Part shown: positions 52,669-64,000 of the stretch, one piece after another
Position numbering within the stretch: position 1 is the first letter of the stretch
How the letters are laid out: every line of letters starts with the position of its first letter
Assembly: GCF_038025025.1 (NCBI RefSeq)
Contig: NW_027117343.1
Span: 992,001 to 1,056,000, forward strand
DNA: 64,000 bases
Direction of reading: 5' to 3'
From: Phyllosticta citribraziliensis
Taxonomy: Eukaryota
Notes under the pieces: model-generated
What the model was told of the DNA's origin: nothing
Databases searched by the model: none
The model's input: only the letters and a program-made list of their open reading frames with translations
Made by a program: the position numbers and the translations under genes

Positions 52669-53660
52669 TGCGGGTCGACAAAGGCAGGGCGTGGTGGTTG
52701 GATGTGGTTTCAGGGCTGCAGAGCGGCACGCCAGGCAGTCAAGTACTGTCGCAACTGAAGGCCGATTGCCATATGATGATGCGGGGAAGCGGCCATGGAG
52801 ATTTGCAATGATGGTGTGGGAGCGTCTGGTCGTGTGACTTGGGGTTTGAGGGCCGTCGGTGGTGGTTCCAATTGGCGATGGTGTGGGCGCGACTGGACCG
52901 TCCCGACCAGGCGACTGCACTGGCATAGCCGACGACGTCATAGCTGACAGGCCAACTGGGTGAAGTCGGGTCCCGTCGCTGTCGGTGATGTTTAGTCGGC
53001 CACATGCAGCTGATAGAACCCTCTGCGCTCTGGATATCCACAGTGTCTATGTACATGTTGACTTGGCGCGCTGCAGGGACAAAGGCTGCTTCTTGTTCCT
53101 TGCTGCGTGGGCGGCCCCGAGCTTCCTCCCGCTGACATGGGCATGTAGGTGGGTGTACCACTCCTGTATCAATCGTCGAGCTTGGAGACGTCAAAGGTTT
53201 GGCTCCTTTCCCAGTCGGTCGCAAAAAGGCAATGTTGCTACGCGCGTGCATGACAGGAGCCGGCCTGCCGGCTGGCCGGAGGTCATGTCGATGTCTTCGT
53301 CCCAAAGCTCCGCCACCGTCCCGGACCACCGATACCCCAGTGCACATCTCTTCCACAGCACCCGCCCACATCCTCAACCAGCAGCTTCACTTCTACATCA
53401 CGACCCGTCGCCTGCGAAACCAGCTTTCCCTACGTCACCGTCGCCGTCGCGTGGCTTGCTTGCGCCTTTGTGTTTCAGTCGTGTCAGCGCTTGCTCGAGC
53501 GCAGCCATCAGCTCCTCTACTACTTGGCCTTAGTTTCCCGAGCACCGCATGACATCAACTGTCAACACCCCTTGCTGCTTGTTCTTTTCCACCCTTTCCA
53601 CCCCTCCAGGCCCCTCATGCTAGGACGACCCTGATTGCGCCTTCTTGGTTCATCGCAAAG

Positions 53661-56600
53661 ATGTTCAAGAATCGTCGTCGCGCCGTCTCAGGTCCGGTAC
53701 GTTTCACTACCCTATGCGACCAACCTTGCGACCCGTCTGATGCGCACAAACTGACTTGGCGCCTCGTAGCCGCAGAAGACGACACCTTCGCCGAATGCCG
53801 CACTCGCCGCCAGCCAGGCATTTCTGAAGAGCAAGTCTTCAAATGGCGACCTCTCATCTGCGGCAGCCGCCGCCGCCTTACGGTCGCATTCTACAACCCC
53901 GGTCCCCGTGGCTAGTGTGCAGACCAAGCGCATGCAGAGAAAAGGCTCTACAGCGTCGGGAGCCTCAGGGGGAGCTGCCAGTCCCCCGGGCGTCCGCAGG
54001 CAGGCTAGTTCAGGCTCAATGAGTGAGCGGACCTTTCGTACTCCTTCACCGAGCGTGGTCCAGAACAAGTCGCGATCCAGAGCGTCATCAGCAATGGACA
54101 TTGACATACCTCCAGTCCCAGCACTTCCCCAAAACCTCGAGACCCACAAGCGCAACAAGAGTGCTGGATCTTCTCCGATGAAGGTCCTGGCGCCAACTCC
54201 CAGAACCCCCGGCCGCAGACGAATTCGTCTAGACGAAGGACCTGATGCCGACGGTACTTCCACTGCGTCGCATAGTCCAGAGGCCGAGGTCAGCCGGAGA
54301 TCTTCTGTCAATTTTTCGCGTCCAATATCGCCTCGTCCGACCCCGCCATCGAGCCCGCCGCCAGCGCGAGTAGGCCATAGCGGTTGGTTTACCGGACCCA
54401 TCGTTAACGACGTAAAGCCACGAGGCAATGTACGTAGGACGTCCTCAGTACCTTCCATGGCTCCGGGCGGCCTCTATAATTCAAGACACAATCCCGAAAC
54501 TTCGTCGGGTTTAAAGGCGAAATCTTCAAGAGAAATGCGTAACAGCGTCGAAAAGACGCCGGGGAATGTGGTGAGCAGTCATCTGCAAGGACCAGCACGA
54601 TCCAAAACACCACCGCGCAAGCCGACGATCGACCTTCCAGCGACACCACAAAGCTCCTCATCCGCCTCTGACCTCTCAGCCGAATCAGACTTGTCCAGTC
54701 CACATTCCAGGCAGGCCATGCGGTTCGTCCGAAAGCCCTCCACCGTTGAAGAATCTCCAGAAGCCGAGTACGCCGAAGAGAGGCGACTGGAAAAAGCTTT
54801 CGACCCCGAGGCGTCTCGTGTGAGGAGCGGATCAACCAGAAACATGCCTTCCGCAGAGTTCAAACGAACAAGAGCAGTCAGTCAGCCTGTGCCATCCACT
54901 GGGCTTCGGGTCGATAGCATGACGCTCCAGCCAGCCACCAAAAACTCTCATGAGAGAAACACATCTATCAGCCCAGCTCGATCAGCACATTTTGCGCTCA
55001 ACGCCGTGGACGTTTCCAGCGGATTCAGACATCAGCCACCGCCACGATCTATTTCACCAATCAAGTCTGCTCTGAAACATTCGCCTTCCTCATCGGTCCG
55101 GACAAGTTCTCCAAAAGGGCATGGAAAACCCTCGTCGGATGCTGGCTCAGACTCTGGTTCCCTTGATCTGCAACGATCTCGTCAACTGAAAAAGGGCACT
55201 CGGGTCAGCTTCGAAGACAACCGTGCCATTAGAGAAGATGATGCCTCCATTTCATCATCCAATTCCCTCGACCATGGTGGCTTTTCGCGTTGGGGTGGTC
55301 GATCAGCACAGGGTAGGGACAATGTCTCGGAAGATGTCATGAAGCCCCGACCGACTCTGCCTTCCTTTGGAAGTGTACGGAGAGGAAGACGGGATGGCGA
55401 TGAAGAGCTCGCTGAAAAGGTCACAGAATACGTACCATCCTCAATGTCGTCTTCTCACACCATGGTCGATCCGCACGACGATCGCGATATCAAGTCGCAC
55501 GAATACGCACCGCAAACGGGCAAAACACATCAGCCGTTGCCTTCAGACATTAGAATCGCCGAAGGCCCAGATTATGCGTCGGACGATGCCTCAACAGTCG
55601 AATCTCCAGATTCTGAACATTTCCACGCAATCACAAAAGGATACGGCAACGGGAAACTTGAGCCAACCACGCGCAAGTTGGAAACATTGGTGGAAACGCC
55701 GATGGATGTGCCTCAAATTGCTGTTCAACCAGCGACTCCTGGCACAGAGAGAGAGGAAGAGGCTTTCGAAATGCCAGGCTCGTGGTCGGTAGATGAGCAG
55801 TCAAAAAGCCCCCAAGATAACCATGAGCCACTTTCAACATCAAACTTGCAAAAGTTTAGGGACCAAAACACGGAGGATCAGCAAATCTCTGAGGATGATA
55901 GCTCAGAAGGCGACAGTATATACAGCGATGCTGCCGAGGACTTGTCCCAGCTCGAGGGGGGATTTGCGTCTTTGGACGCCATCGTCCAAGGTCCAGCTCC
56001 CTCGAGTCTCAACGCCGCCGTTGCTTCCCGAGCTCAGGACGAGAAGCCTCGTCAAAATGAAGAGTCCAAGCGTAAAGCCGACAATCGCGAGAACAGACCC
56101 AAACAGCAACGCAAAGAGGGGTTGGATACTGCAAACACATCGGCGTCAACCGATCTATCTGCTGAGTCTCTTCCGCGTGGGTTTTCCCAGCGCAAGAAGA
56201 AAGCCAAAGTTGTTCCCGAGCCACTCGTCGTGGTCCCTCAAAAGACTGCTCGACGCAGTTCAATCCCCAGAGCAGCCAACGTTCAGCCGAGAAAACCGGC
56301 GCTGAAGTCCACGATGCGCGTCGAAAAGCCACAACCCCCACAGCGAACACCATCGGGTGCCAAGATGAGAACCACAATGAGAACTTCGATGCGGGGACCT
56401 GGTCCTTCGGGAGGTCTTGCCGCGTCAAGGTACGCGAATGTTGATCTGCCGGAGCCACGGTCTGCCCTCCAAAAGAAAAAGATTCCCATGGGGGTATCTG
56501 CACCCACTGGGCGTCCAAACTCCGCCCTGCCTGCTGCTTCTAAGGATCGCATCAACTCCATGCCTCCGCTCACCCGATCACGATCGAACGACTCCGATGT

Positions 56601-57729
56601 CTCTGCGAGCAGCTTCCAGCGCAGTAGACCGCCTAGTTCCATGAGAGGAAAATATACCATGCGCTCTAGCATGCGTGATTCTCTCGTTGAACTCCCGTCA
56701 CGGCAGCAAACACGACCCATATCGCCACCTTTGAGCTCTCCAAAGAGCCTGAGCATTCGCTCGCTATCTCCAACTGGCTCGTTCTTCGGCAAGAAGAAGG
56801 TATCGACAAATCACCACCCACAATACGCTCAGAGGGCAGCAGCAGCATCAGCTCCAAGCACCCCGAAAGCTTCGAGATTTTCTCGCATCGCGAAGCCCAA
56901 TCCGGCCAAGGCGAAAGCACCTGCCATGTCTGCTCTCAAAAAATCTCGCTTTGCAGACTCCGATGATGAAGATGAACCAGGACTCCCAGTGTTCCGATCA
57001 CGCATTGTGGATTCAGATGACGAGGACGATGTCCCACCAATGCCAAGCGACCTGAGGCCTGTCAGGGGCATCCCACGAAGAGACGACGATGGTGACTCCA
57101 CGGAGCTCGAAGACGAGAGCGACATAGGAGAGCCCAACTCCCCACCATCAGTTACCAAGCGATCTGGAGGGAAGTCGCGGTCCAAGCCTGAAGCGGGTGC
57201 TAGTGAAAACGAAGAGAATTCGTTGGCAGATCCCCGCTCGTCTGGCAAAGGCGGGCTCATGGGTAGCAAGTGGGCTACAGACGGTGAAGCGCCTCCCAAG
57301 AAGAGCAAGCGCGGCTTCTTTGGTTTGGGGAAAAAGCGAGAGAGCTCACTTCCACGCCCTTCCACATCCGACGGTGCAGCTTTTACAAGCCCCGATGACA
57401 CAGTGCTCGCGGTGGAACCGCCGACTCAGCCGTCCATCGAACAGCGTCGGCACACCTTGCTCTGCAACGCAGAAGATTCATGGCCGCTTGCTGCGGAAGA
57501 GAAGGAGGAGGAAGGATCCGAAGCCGCACGAGGCAGGCCAATGACTGCAGACGCATCTATCCGGAAACCAAAACTGAGCAAGCGGTGGAGCTCGGCCATG
57601 TCGCCTATGGGAAAACCCTCCCATGCTTCTCAAGAGCAGATGGGGGGAGCACCCGAGGTTGCTGTGGGAAGAAGTGGGAAGAAGAAGAAGTTTCCTGGGC
57701 TGAGAAAAGCCTTTGGTCTGAAGGACTAA
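53661..57729 (+). CDS. Large Ser/Arg/Pro-rich, largely disordered hypothetical protein; intron about 53697-53769
   Basis: Open exon of more than 1270 codons. The spliced N-terminus gives MFKNRRRAVSGP-PQK..LSSAAAAAALRS..VQTKRM. Conserved-looking islands RHQPPPRSISPIKSALK, MKPRPTLPSFGSVR, SIYSDAAEDLS..GFASLDAIV, KKKKFPGLRKAFGL. Confidence 0.85.
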
Positions 57730-58652
57730 AGTGTGCCAGGTTACCGAGATGGTATCTTTCTTGAGGTTTTGTCGCCATCTCTTGGATTTATTGATTTACT
57801 CCGCCGAAAGCGGCTCTCTCTTTAACCCCATTCCTCGACTTTTCTTACTGGTCTCTCTTTGCTGGTCGGATGGTAGTGCCACAGGACAAGGCATTTCATT
57901 GGCTGATAGATACCCATGCATCCTGGTGTTGTAAATTTCCTTGTTGTTTATTTATTCATGCCTTTCGCTCATCGTGTCAATTTATTCTTTTCGCTGATTC
58001 AATTTCTTTTCCTTTGGCTGTCGCACCATGACTGCCTGTTTGAGCTGGCAGTAGAACCCAACATCCTTGGAAACGGACAATTAATGAGCTCCGACGCGAG
58101 CGAAGCACCAGAAATCGTCCACTTGACCCGTATCCACATTGTGGCTCCCGTCTCGGCAACTGCCCGGCACGTTGAAACCGCTGTATAGACTGTGGAGCTT
58201 CCCTGACATGGTGTGCTACTTCAGTCATGTCCGTCATGTAACAGCGGCTCTGTCCGCCCTAACTCTAAACAGGTGCGGGGTTCACAAATGATCGCTGATT
58301 CCGAGCAGTGGTCCGCTTACATATTGGGCCTTCTCGAATTACCTTTTACCTAACCAATCTCATTGCCCTCGTCGCTTCTTTGAAGCATCGGACAAGTTAG
58401 CCCGGGATCAAGGTCCTATACTGGCCGGGACGGAACGGCTACGCGCGCATTTGCCTTCTTCTTGCCGGCAAAAGCCTGAACTGCCGCTCCGCAGATGCTC
58501 CACGCGTTCTAACATCACTGTTATTGGCAGTTTTTTCCGAACTCGAATAAAGTATGAGTTTTTCCCAATACCATTATTTGAAGTCATTAACGTCTCCCAG
58601 ATGTCACAGCGAGTGTGTTTGGTCAAACGCTTTGGAAAAATCATTGGTCAAA

Positions 58653-60242
58653 ATGCAACCACCACCAAGTTACTGGGCGCTTGCAGTTCAAATTTTACTC
58701 TGGAGCTGGGTATCATCGGCAGCAGGACAAGAGCAAGCACCGCCGCAGCAACAGCGACTCCCAGGACCACAGTGCGATGACTGGAACTCGCAATATCGTC
58801 TTTCTGAATTTCAAATCGCAGCCGCCGGTCTCTCCGAAACGACGACCAACAATGTAAACATTGCGCTCAACTTCGAGCGAACAAATTGGGCTACTGGGCC
58901 AGTCGCTGAAGATCAATTTTACACGAGCGTACCCCAGAACAGCACTTTCCTGCCTCCTGGTTCCCTGCTCAAGGTCGAGGACTACACCAATATATCCCGC
59001 TATACCGTCCCGCCGAATCTAGCGCTTTCACGCATCATGTATCAGACCCTGGACTTCAAGGGCTTCCCGATTCCCACTTCAGCATACGTTCTCTGGCCTT
59101 TTCATCCGCGAGAAGTACGTAGCCAAGGAAATGACAACAGCAAGAATATTCCTGTCGTAGTGTTTGCCCACGGCACCAGCGGCATCTTTTCTGAGAGCGC
59201 CCCGTCTCACATCCGAAATCTTTGGTTCCAGTATTCGGCACCGTTTACGCTTGCACTACAAGGCTACGCTGTCGTAGCTCCTGACTATGCTGGCTTGGGC
59301 GTCCCCAAAACTTATGATGAGGAGCCCATACCGCATCTGTATTTCACCTGGACTGCGCAGGGCAATGACATTCTGTACGCAGCACATGCGGCACACAAGG
59401 CTTTCCCGGACCTCCTTTCCAAAGAGTACGTTATCATGGGTCACAGCCAGGGTGGCGGAGCGGCGTGGGCTGCCTCTACGACTTTGCAAAACTGGACGGA
59501 GTCAAAACCAGATGAAGCCAATCCGATCCAAGACTTTCTGACGTCAAACTACTTGGGAGCCATCCCCGCAGCACCCGGCGGCCCACCTGCCATGGTCCAA
59601 GCAGCATTCTCCATACCCGACTACGTCCGCACATTCGCCTTTGGGACGTATGTCGCGCACGGCGCCTCAATTCTGACAAACACACCGCTCACTTCCATCT
59701 TCACGCCGGCGGGCCTCTCCCGCTACGAGTTGAGCAAGAACCTGCAGGCCGCCAACAGTGTCATCGGCGAGCTGTTCAACTTGGCCGACGCCGCCACGTC
59801 CGGCTTTTGGCTCCGCGATGAGTTTGCGGCCCCCGGCGGCCCCGCCCAGCGCATCCTCCTGGAAGCGTCGACCTTCTACCAGAGCCAGCCCGCGGGCCCG
59901 CTGCTCGTCATGGGCGGCACCAAGGACCAGACGGTGCCCGTCATGGCTCTGGCCGCCACGGTCGAGGCGACGTGCAAGGCGTTTGGCGACAAGATTGCCT
60001 TGGAATATGCCGTCTTCGACGAGGTGCAGCACGTGCCCGTCTTGTATTCCGGGCAGCGCGTGTGGTTGAATTGGATCGAGGACAGGTTCGAGAGCGTCAA
60101 GGACGGAGGAGAAGGCAAGGACAAGGCCAAGCCGAAGGGCTGCAACACCAAGACATACAAGTCTGTCAGGCAGGCTGACCAGTACTCGCAGGACCTGCTG
60201 TATTATCTGTCGTATGTGCAGTTTCCGTATCAGATTGCCTGA
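58653..60242 (+). CDS. Secreted lipase (LIP-type alpha/beta hydrolase), intronless
   Basis: ATG in caaaATG context with signal peptide; VVFAHGTSG, GYAVVAPDYAGLG, nucleophile elbow GHSQGG, GTKDQTVP, EVQHVPV. Alternative upstream ATG at 58554. Confidence 0.88.
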   Translation: MQPPPSYWALAVQILLWSWVSSAAGQEQAPPQQQRLPGPQCDDWNSQYRLSEFQIAAAGLSETTTNNVNIALNFERTNWATGPVAEDQFYTSVPQNSTFLPPGSLLKVEDYTNISRYTVPPNLALSRIMYQTLDFKGFPIPTSAYVLWPFHPREVRSQGNDNSKNIPVVVFAHGTSGIFSESAPSHIRNLWFQYSAPFTLALQGYAVVAPDYAGLGVPKTYDEEPIPHLYFTWTAQGNDILYAAHAAHKAFPDLLSKEYVIMGHSQGGGAAWAASTTLQNWTESKPDEANPIQDFLTSNYLGAIPAAPGGPPAMVQAAFSIPDYVRTFAFGTYVAHGASILTNTPLTSIFTPAGLSRYELSKNLQAANSVIGELFNLADAATSGFWLRDEFAAPGGPAQRILLEASTFYQSQPAGPLLVMGGTKDQTVPVMALAATVEATCKAFGDKIALEYAVFDEVQHVPVLYSGQRVWLNWIEDRFESVKDGGEGKDKAKPKGCNTKTYKSVRQADQYSQDLLYYLSYVQFPYQIA

Positions 60243-61333
60243 GCCAAGGTGGTGGTGGCTAGCGGTGGCTCGGTGGATTCCAGTGTAAGATGAGGTGGAA
60301 TCAGAATTGGCCTATTTCCTCACAAACTCTTTTTGTGCGTGCGGTGAAAGTGTTTGCTGTTCCCTCGCAAGTGTTTCGTTTCCTCTGATGGGTGGGGCGC
60401 CCAGTTCTTTCCTTTTTGGTTGGACGGATGGCGCAACTGCTTGCGCAGGCTGCGTGCGCGTCCACCCACCCATCTTTATTCTTAATTATATTACCACTCT
60501 TTGCCTTCTCTTCCTTGTCAACTTCCTTTTTTTCTCTCACTTTCTCGGATCCCAACTGTCAAACGTCACTATGTCCTTCACAAACAGCAGCGAAAAAGAA
60601 ACAACAACATGGCATCGAGCAATTGCACCTTTCAGTCCCATTCTCATTGTATCACACGATCAATACAACGCCAATCTCTCCACCCAGCATCGACTCCAGC
60701 CGTTCAACCGACCAATTTCGGCCGTCTTCGGCTTCGAATCCTTCCTTAACCGCAGATGTTCCCAAACAGAGACTCATAGTGGCAGTAGCCCGAGCAACAA
60801 TCGGCATTGGTGGAGCACGATTCTGCTTCGATTTGAGAAGGTACGAGTCGAAGTCAATCGTGGCAGCTCTACATCAGCCTCGACCGCCCGGACACGATTG
60901 CCAGTTTGCAAGACATTATGGACGCTCTCAACAACAGCAAAAGTTTCCTAGTTTCCACCGCTACCTATCCCCTATCTCCTATCCTTTTGTCCGACCGCCC
61001 GACCGCCTGGTGTGTTGGCCGGACATGGCCAGTGCAAACGTCTGAGTGCGGTTCCTGGTGACTCCCAGATTGCCCCGCGAAGGCCAACGTCCCGCGCTCA
61101 GTTCCACACTGAAGTCTCAATCTCCTTCAACGAAGGACAGACTTCTCCAAACGAACATCTACCGACATTCTCATTCCTATGCTCCCACACGATGAGCATT
61201 TAGACGCCGTGCAGCTACAAAGTAGATCAACGTCAGCCAATCATTCAATGGGAGCCATTTATTCATCGGCTGTCTCTTTTCTGCCTCTCTCCTACCAAAA
61301 AGCAAAAAGCAAAAGGAACCAAGACGAGAGACA

Positions 61334-61660
61334 TCACATACCCGAATTCACCAAATCCACATCCAACGCTCGCCCCGACAATGCGCGCTTCTGGCTCGCT
61401 TTTCCCCTCCCTGCTGTCGTCTCTGCTCCCTTCACCTGCGGCCCTATCATCCTCGCTGGTCCCGCCATCGCCGCCGTCTTTTTACCAATTCCATCTCCGG
61501 TGATCATGTTTACACCAGAGGCATCGGTGGTGGTGGAGGGTTTTGGAGCGCCGGACCCCATTGTTGGAGTTGAAGCTCCTTCTTGTGCTTTGCTGCTGCC
61601 ACCCTGGCGATCTTCTTCCTCGTCTGCGCGCTTGTGCTGGACTTCAGACTGTGTCGACAT
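61334..61660 (-). CDS. Possible small hydrophilic hypothetical protein
   Basis: ATG at 61660 in accATG context; MSTQSEVQHKRADEEEDRQGG.. has protein-like composition; no recognisable domain. Confidence 0.3.
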   Translation of the reverse strand: MSTQSEVQHKRADEEEDRQGGSSKAQEGASTPTMGSGAPKPSTTTDASGVNMITGDGIGKKTAAMAGPARMIGPQVKGAETTAGRGKASQKRALSGRALDVDLVNSGM

Positions 61661-64000
61661 GGTGGTGCAAACAGCGGCGTGTGGGTGGATGCAGAGGTCG
61701 GCGTAGGCGTAGTGCGACTCCTGGTGGGCAAGGAAGCGGAAGAGCATTTGATGAAGGTAGGTAGGATTTGGCCGAAAGGTCGAATATGGTCGACTGAGCG
61801 AAAGGGGTTTCAAGCGGTAGTGCTTGTTGGTACCACGCTGTATGGAGAGACTGATTGACAAACAAGTCTGGCAATGAGCAGCTGCGGTGTTCTCTCGTTG
61901 CGCTCAAAGCAATTGGGAGGACAGGAGCAAAGTGGTGCTTGGATGTCGATTGAAGAGGGAAGTAACCAAAGGACCGAAGCATTCGACGTCGGTATATATG
62001 CAGCAGCACACTCGAACTCTAACAAGAGACAGACATACAGGCGGCCTCGCGTGCCACTATCCAATTGCCCCTTGGAATTCCTCTCATCCAACGAATGCAG
62101 ACTGCGGTGTGTGTCCAACGTGCCGTGCTGCGGGCTCAGCCCTACCCTATCTTACCGCATGTTGCATTGCGTCGCTCACCCCCGTCAGCCGGACCCTTCC
62201 GAGCAAACCGAAGCAACAGCCTCACTGCCTACTCGACGACTCGACGAGCTGCTCACCGCAACCAGCCAACCAACCAAAACCTCTTCGTACAACAAAGCCC
62301 TCCCGCAACGGCAATTGCGCCACGCCCACCGCTGTACACGCGCGCCGGCGAATGAAACGCGCCCCCACAAAGCGCGCCGTTGAGCCTTGAGCTTGTCCGT
62401 CCCACATTCTGAGCTTGTTGTGGCGATTCAGTCGCGCCGTGGCTGGAAGCTTGCGTCGTGCGCGCCGTCAGAAGTCGGTGTGAGGTGCGGTGGTGCTGGG
62501 CTGAAAACGCGCTGCCGGTGCTGGGATGCGAGCACACACTCACTCAGCGAGCAAGCGACGCAGGCTACGGCGACAGAGAGGGGGAGTAAGAGAAGGAAAG
62601 AAGACGTCGCGATTGGGCGAGCGCGCGACAGGAGGGCGGCGAATCACGGCCGACGCGATGCAGACCCACGCCGTCACGTCGAGCGTAATCGGTGTCGTTG
62701 GTTGGTCGTGGAAGTTGCCTTGTCAGAGTGAGAGTGCTTTGGGCTGCTAGGTATTGCGTTGGTTGTACGCATCTTGCGACTCCATTCGTCTTCTTCCTTC
62801 GGGCTGTCATGATAAGGCGAGTACCATTCTGCGTTGGGCTGTCCGAGGACCTGCAGGAGGGCTGTGAATGGGTTAGGGCGTTGATGGATGCGCAACGTCT
62901 TTCGGCATCCCTTTTCTGCTGGATGATGCTGCTTGCTGCGTGCTGTCGGCACGACGCATTGCTTCATGCAGCCTTGATGGCTGCGTTTACGCTGGCTGCG
63001 TCTTTTCTTTCTTCGCCCCGTTTGCCCCTTTCTCTGCTCTCTGCCTCACATTGAGTATTGCACTGAAAAAAGAGACGCCAGAATGTTCCCGAAGACAACG
63101 AAAACACCATTCCCAACCTCGTTCAATGAGGCTGCCGGTCCTACCATCGAGAAAACATTGCGTCCATTAATATCACGCTACACAAACACGCCCCGCGGCC
63201 TCCCGTCAGCCGCAGCGATGATGCGAAGAGGCCGCCCCCGCCTTGTCTCCCGGCCCACCCTCTTTTAGCTTGTGCGCCTTGCCGGTCAGGTCCCGTCAGG
63301 CCCCTGGCTATGTTGTACGAGTTCCTACAGCCTTGGGACTGAAGCCTGTCGGCCTACGTTGTGCCAGGCTGCGTACTACTAAGAGAGTGGCTGAGGTGAA
63401 ATAGAGAGGTACATGAGGCAGTGATTGGCGTACAGGCTGGCTCAGCTGGACTGTACACAAATGCTGAGTGCGTGGCATATAGCCTCGTCTTCGTCCGCCG
63501 CCTTGGGTCTGCGCTGCCGGTTTGTGGAAGAATTCGACGCTATTTATGGACGAGTCCCAGCTCTGTCGATCATTTCTGCAGGGAGTGTGTCTGCCTTGTC
63601 GAAGAGATTTGCGCAGAGGCCGTTGCATCATGAAAGCTGCGCGGGGCTGCGGGTAGGGCTTGTCATCGCGGTTCCGAACGGGGACCCAAGGAGCCAAAGC
63701 TTGCGAACAGTAAAGGCAATCAAAGCGATATTGAATCTCTGCGATGAAAAATCAGGGCGAAGGAGTGAGGAGTGCGGAGGCGGTGTTGGAAATCAGTCAT
63801 AAGTTCACGCTCGAAGACAACAATGACACAGGTTGCAATCAGGATAGTAGGGCTACCTGGACCGCCAGGCAAGCTATGCCTTGCAAGCAAGCTATCATGG
63901 ACCCTTTGAACGGCTTCCAATGGTTTTGGTATTATTCCGCGCTTTATACTTCCCTGGTTTCACCAAGTGGCTGGGAATGAAAGGTGCTGTCGCCTCTGCT

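Noticed and set aside
59550..60242. Rise in GC at third codon positions in the 3' half of the lipase
   Set aside because: The frame and catalytic motifs are continuous and other genes show similar gradients; no evidence of a chimera or transfer.
60295..61045. 218-aa and 217-aa plus-strand ORFs
   Set aside because: Non-ATG starts, UTR-like pyrimidine-rich sequence and no motifs.

Overview
Eukaryotic, intron-containing genomic DNA from a filamentous ascomycete. HEX1, NpgA and TOK1 indicate Pezizomycotina; Eurotiomycetes/Chaetothyriales is only my impression. I reconstructed about 19 protein-coding genes by hand from GT..(CTRAY)..AG introns: a DUF3405-like protein with a 10-aa charged C-terminal repeat (partial), a metallo-beta-lactamase-fold lactonase, a fructosamine kinase, a DUF3433-like membrane protein, a Ded1/Vasa-like DEAD-box helicase, the TOK1 K+ channel, a 70-aa Cys-rich microprotein inside an ~11 kb gene-poor stretch, a degenerate membrane-anchored aspartic protease, a repeat-rich GPI protein, an SRR1-domain protein, a BIM1-like His-brace GPI protein, NUP82, CBC2, PDX2, NpgA, HEX1, an epoxide hydrolase, a large Ser-rich hypothetical and a secreted lipase. 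I recognised no tRNA, rRNA, transposon or CRISPR. Best leads: (1) a 247-aa HEX1 N-terminal extension with no AUG, in a leader almost devoid of AUGs, suggesting near-cognate initiation plus leaky scanning; (2) the isolated Cys-rich microprotein; (3) a probable GA-AG intron; (4) two competing HEX1 donors that both keep the SRL peroxisomal signal. Family names come from motif recognition and memory, not database searches. Most ORFs in the supplied track are antisense or alternative-frame shadows.
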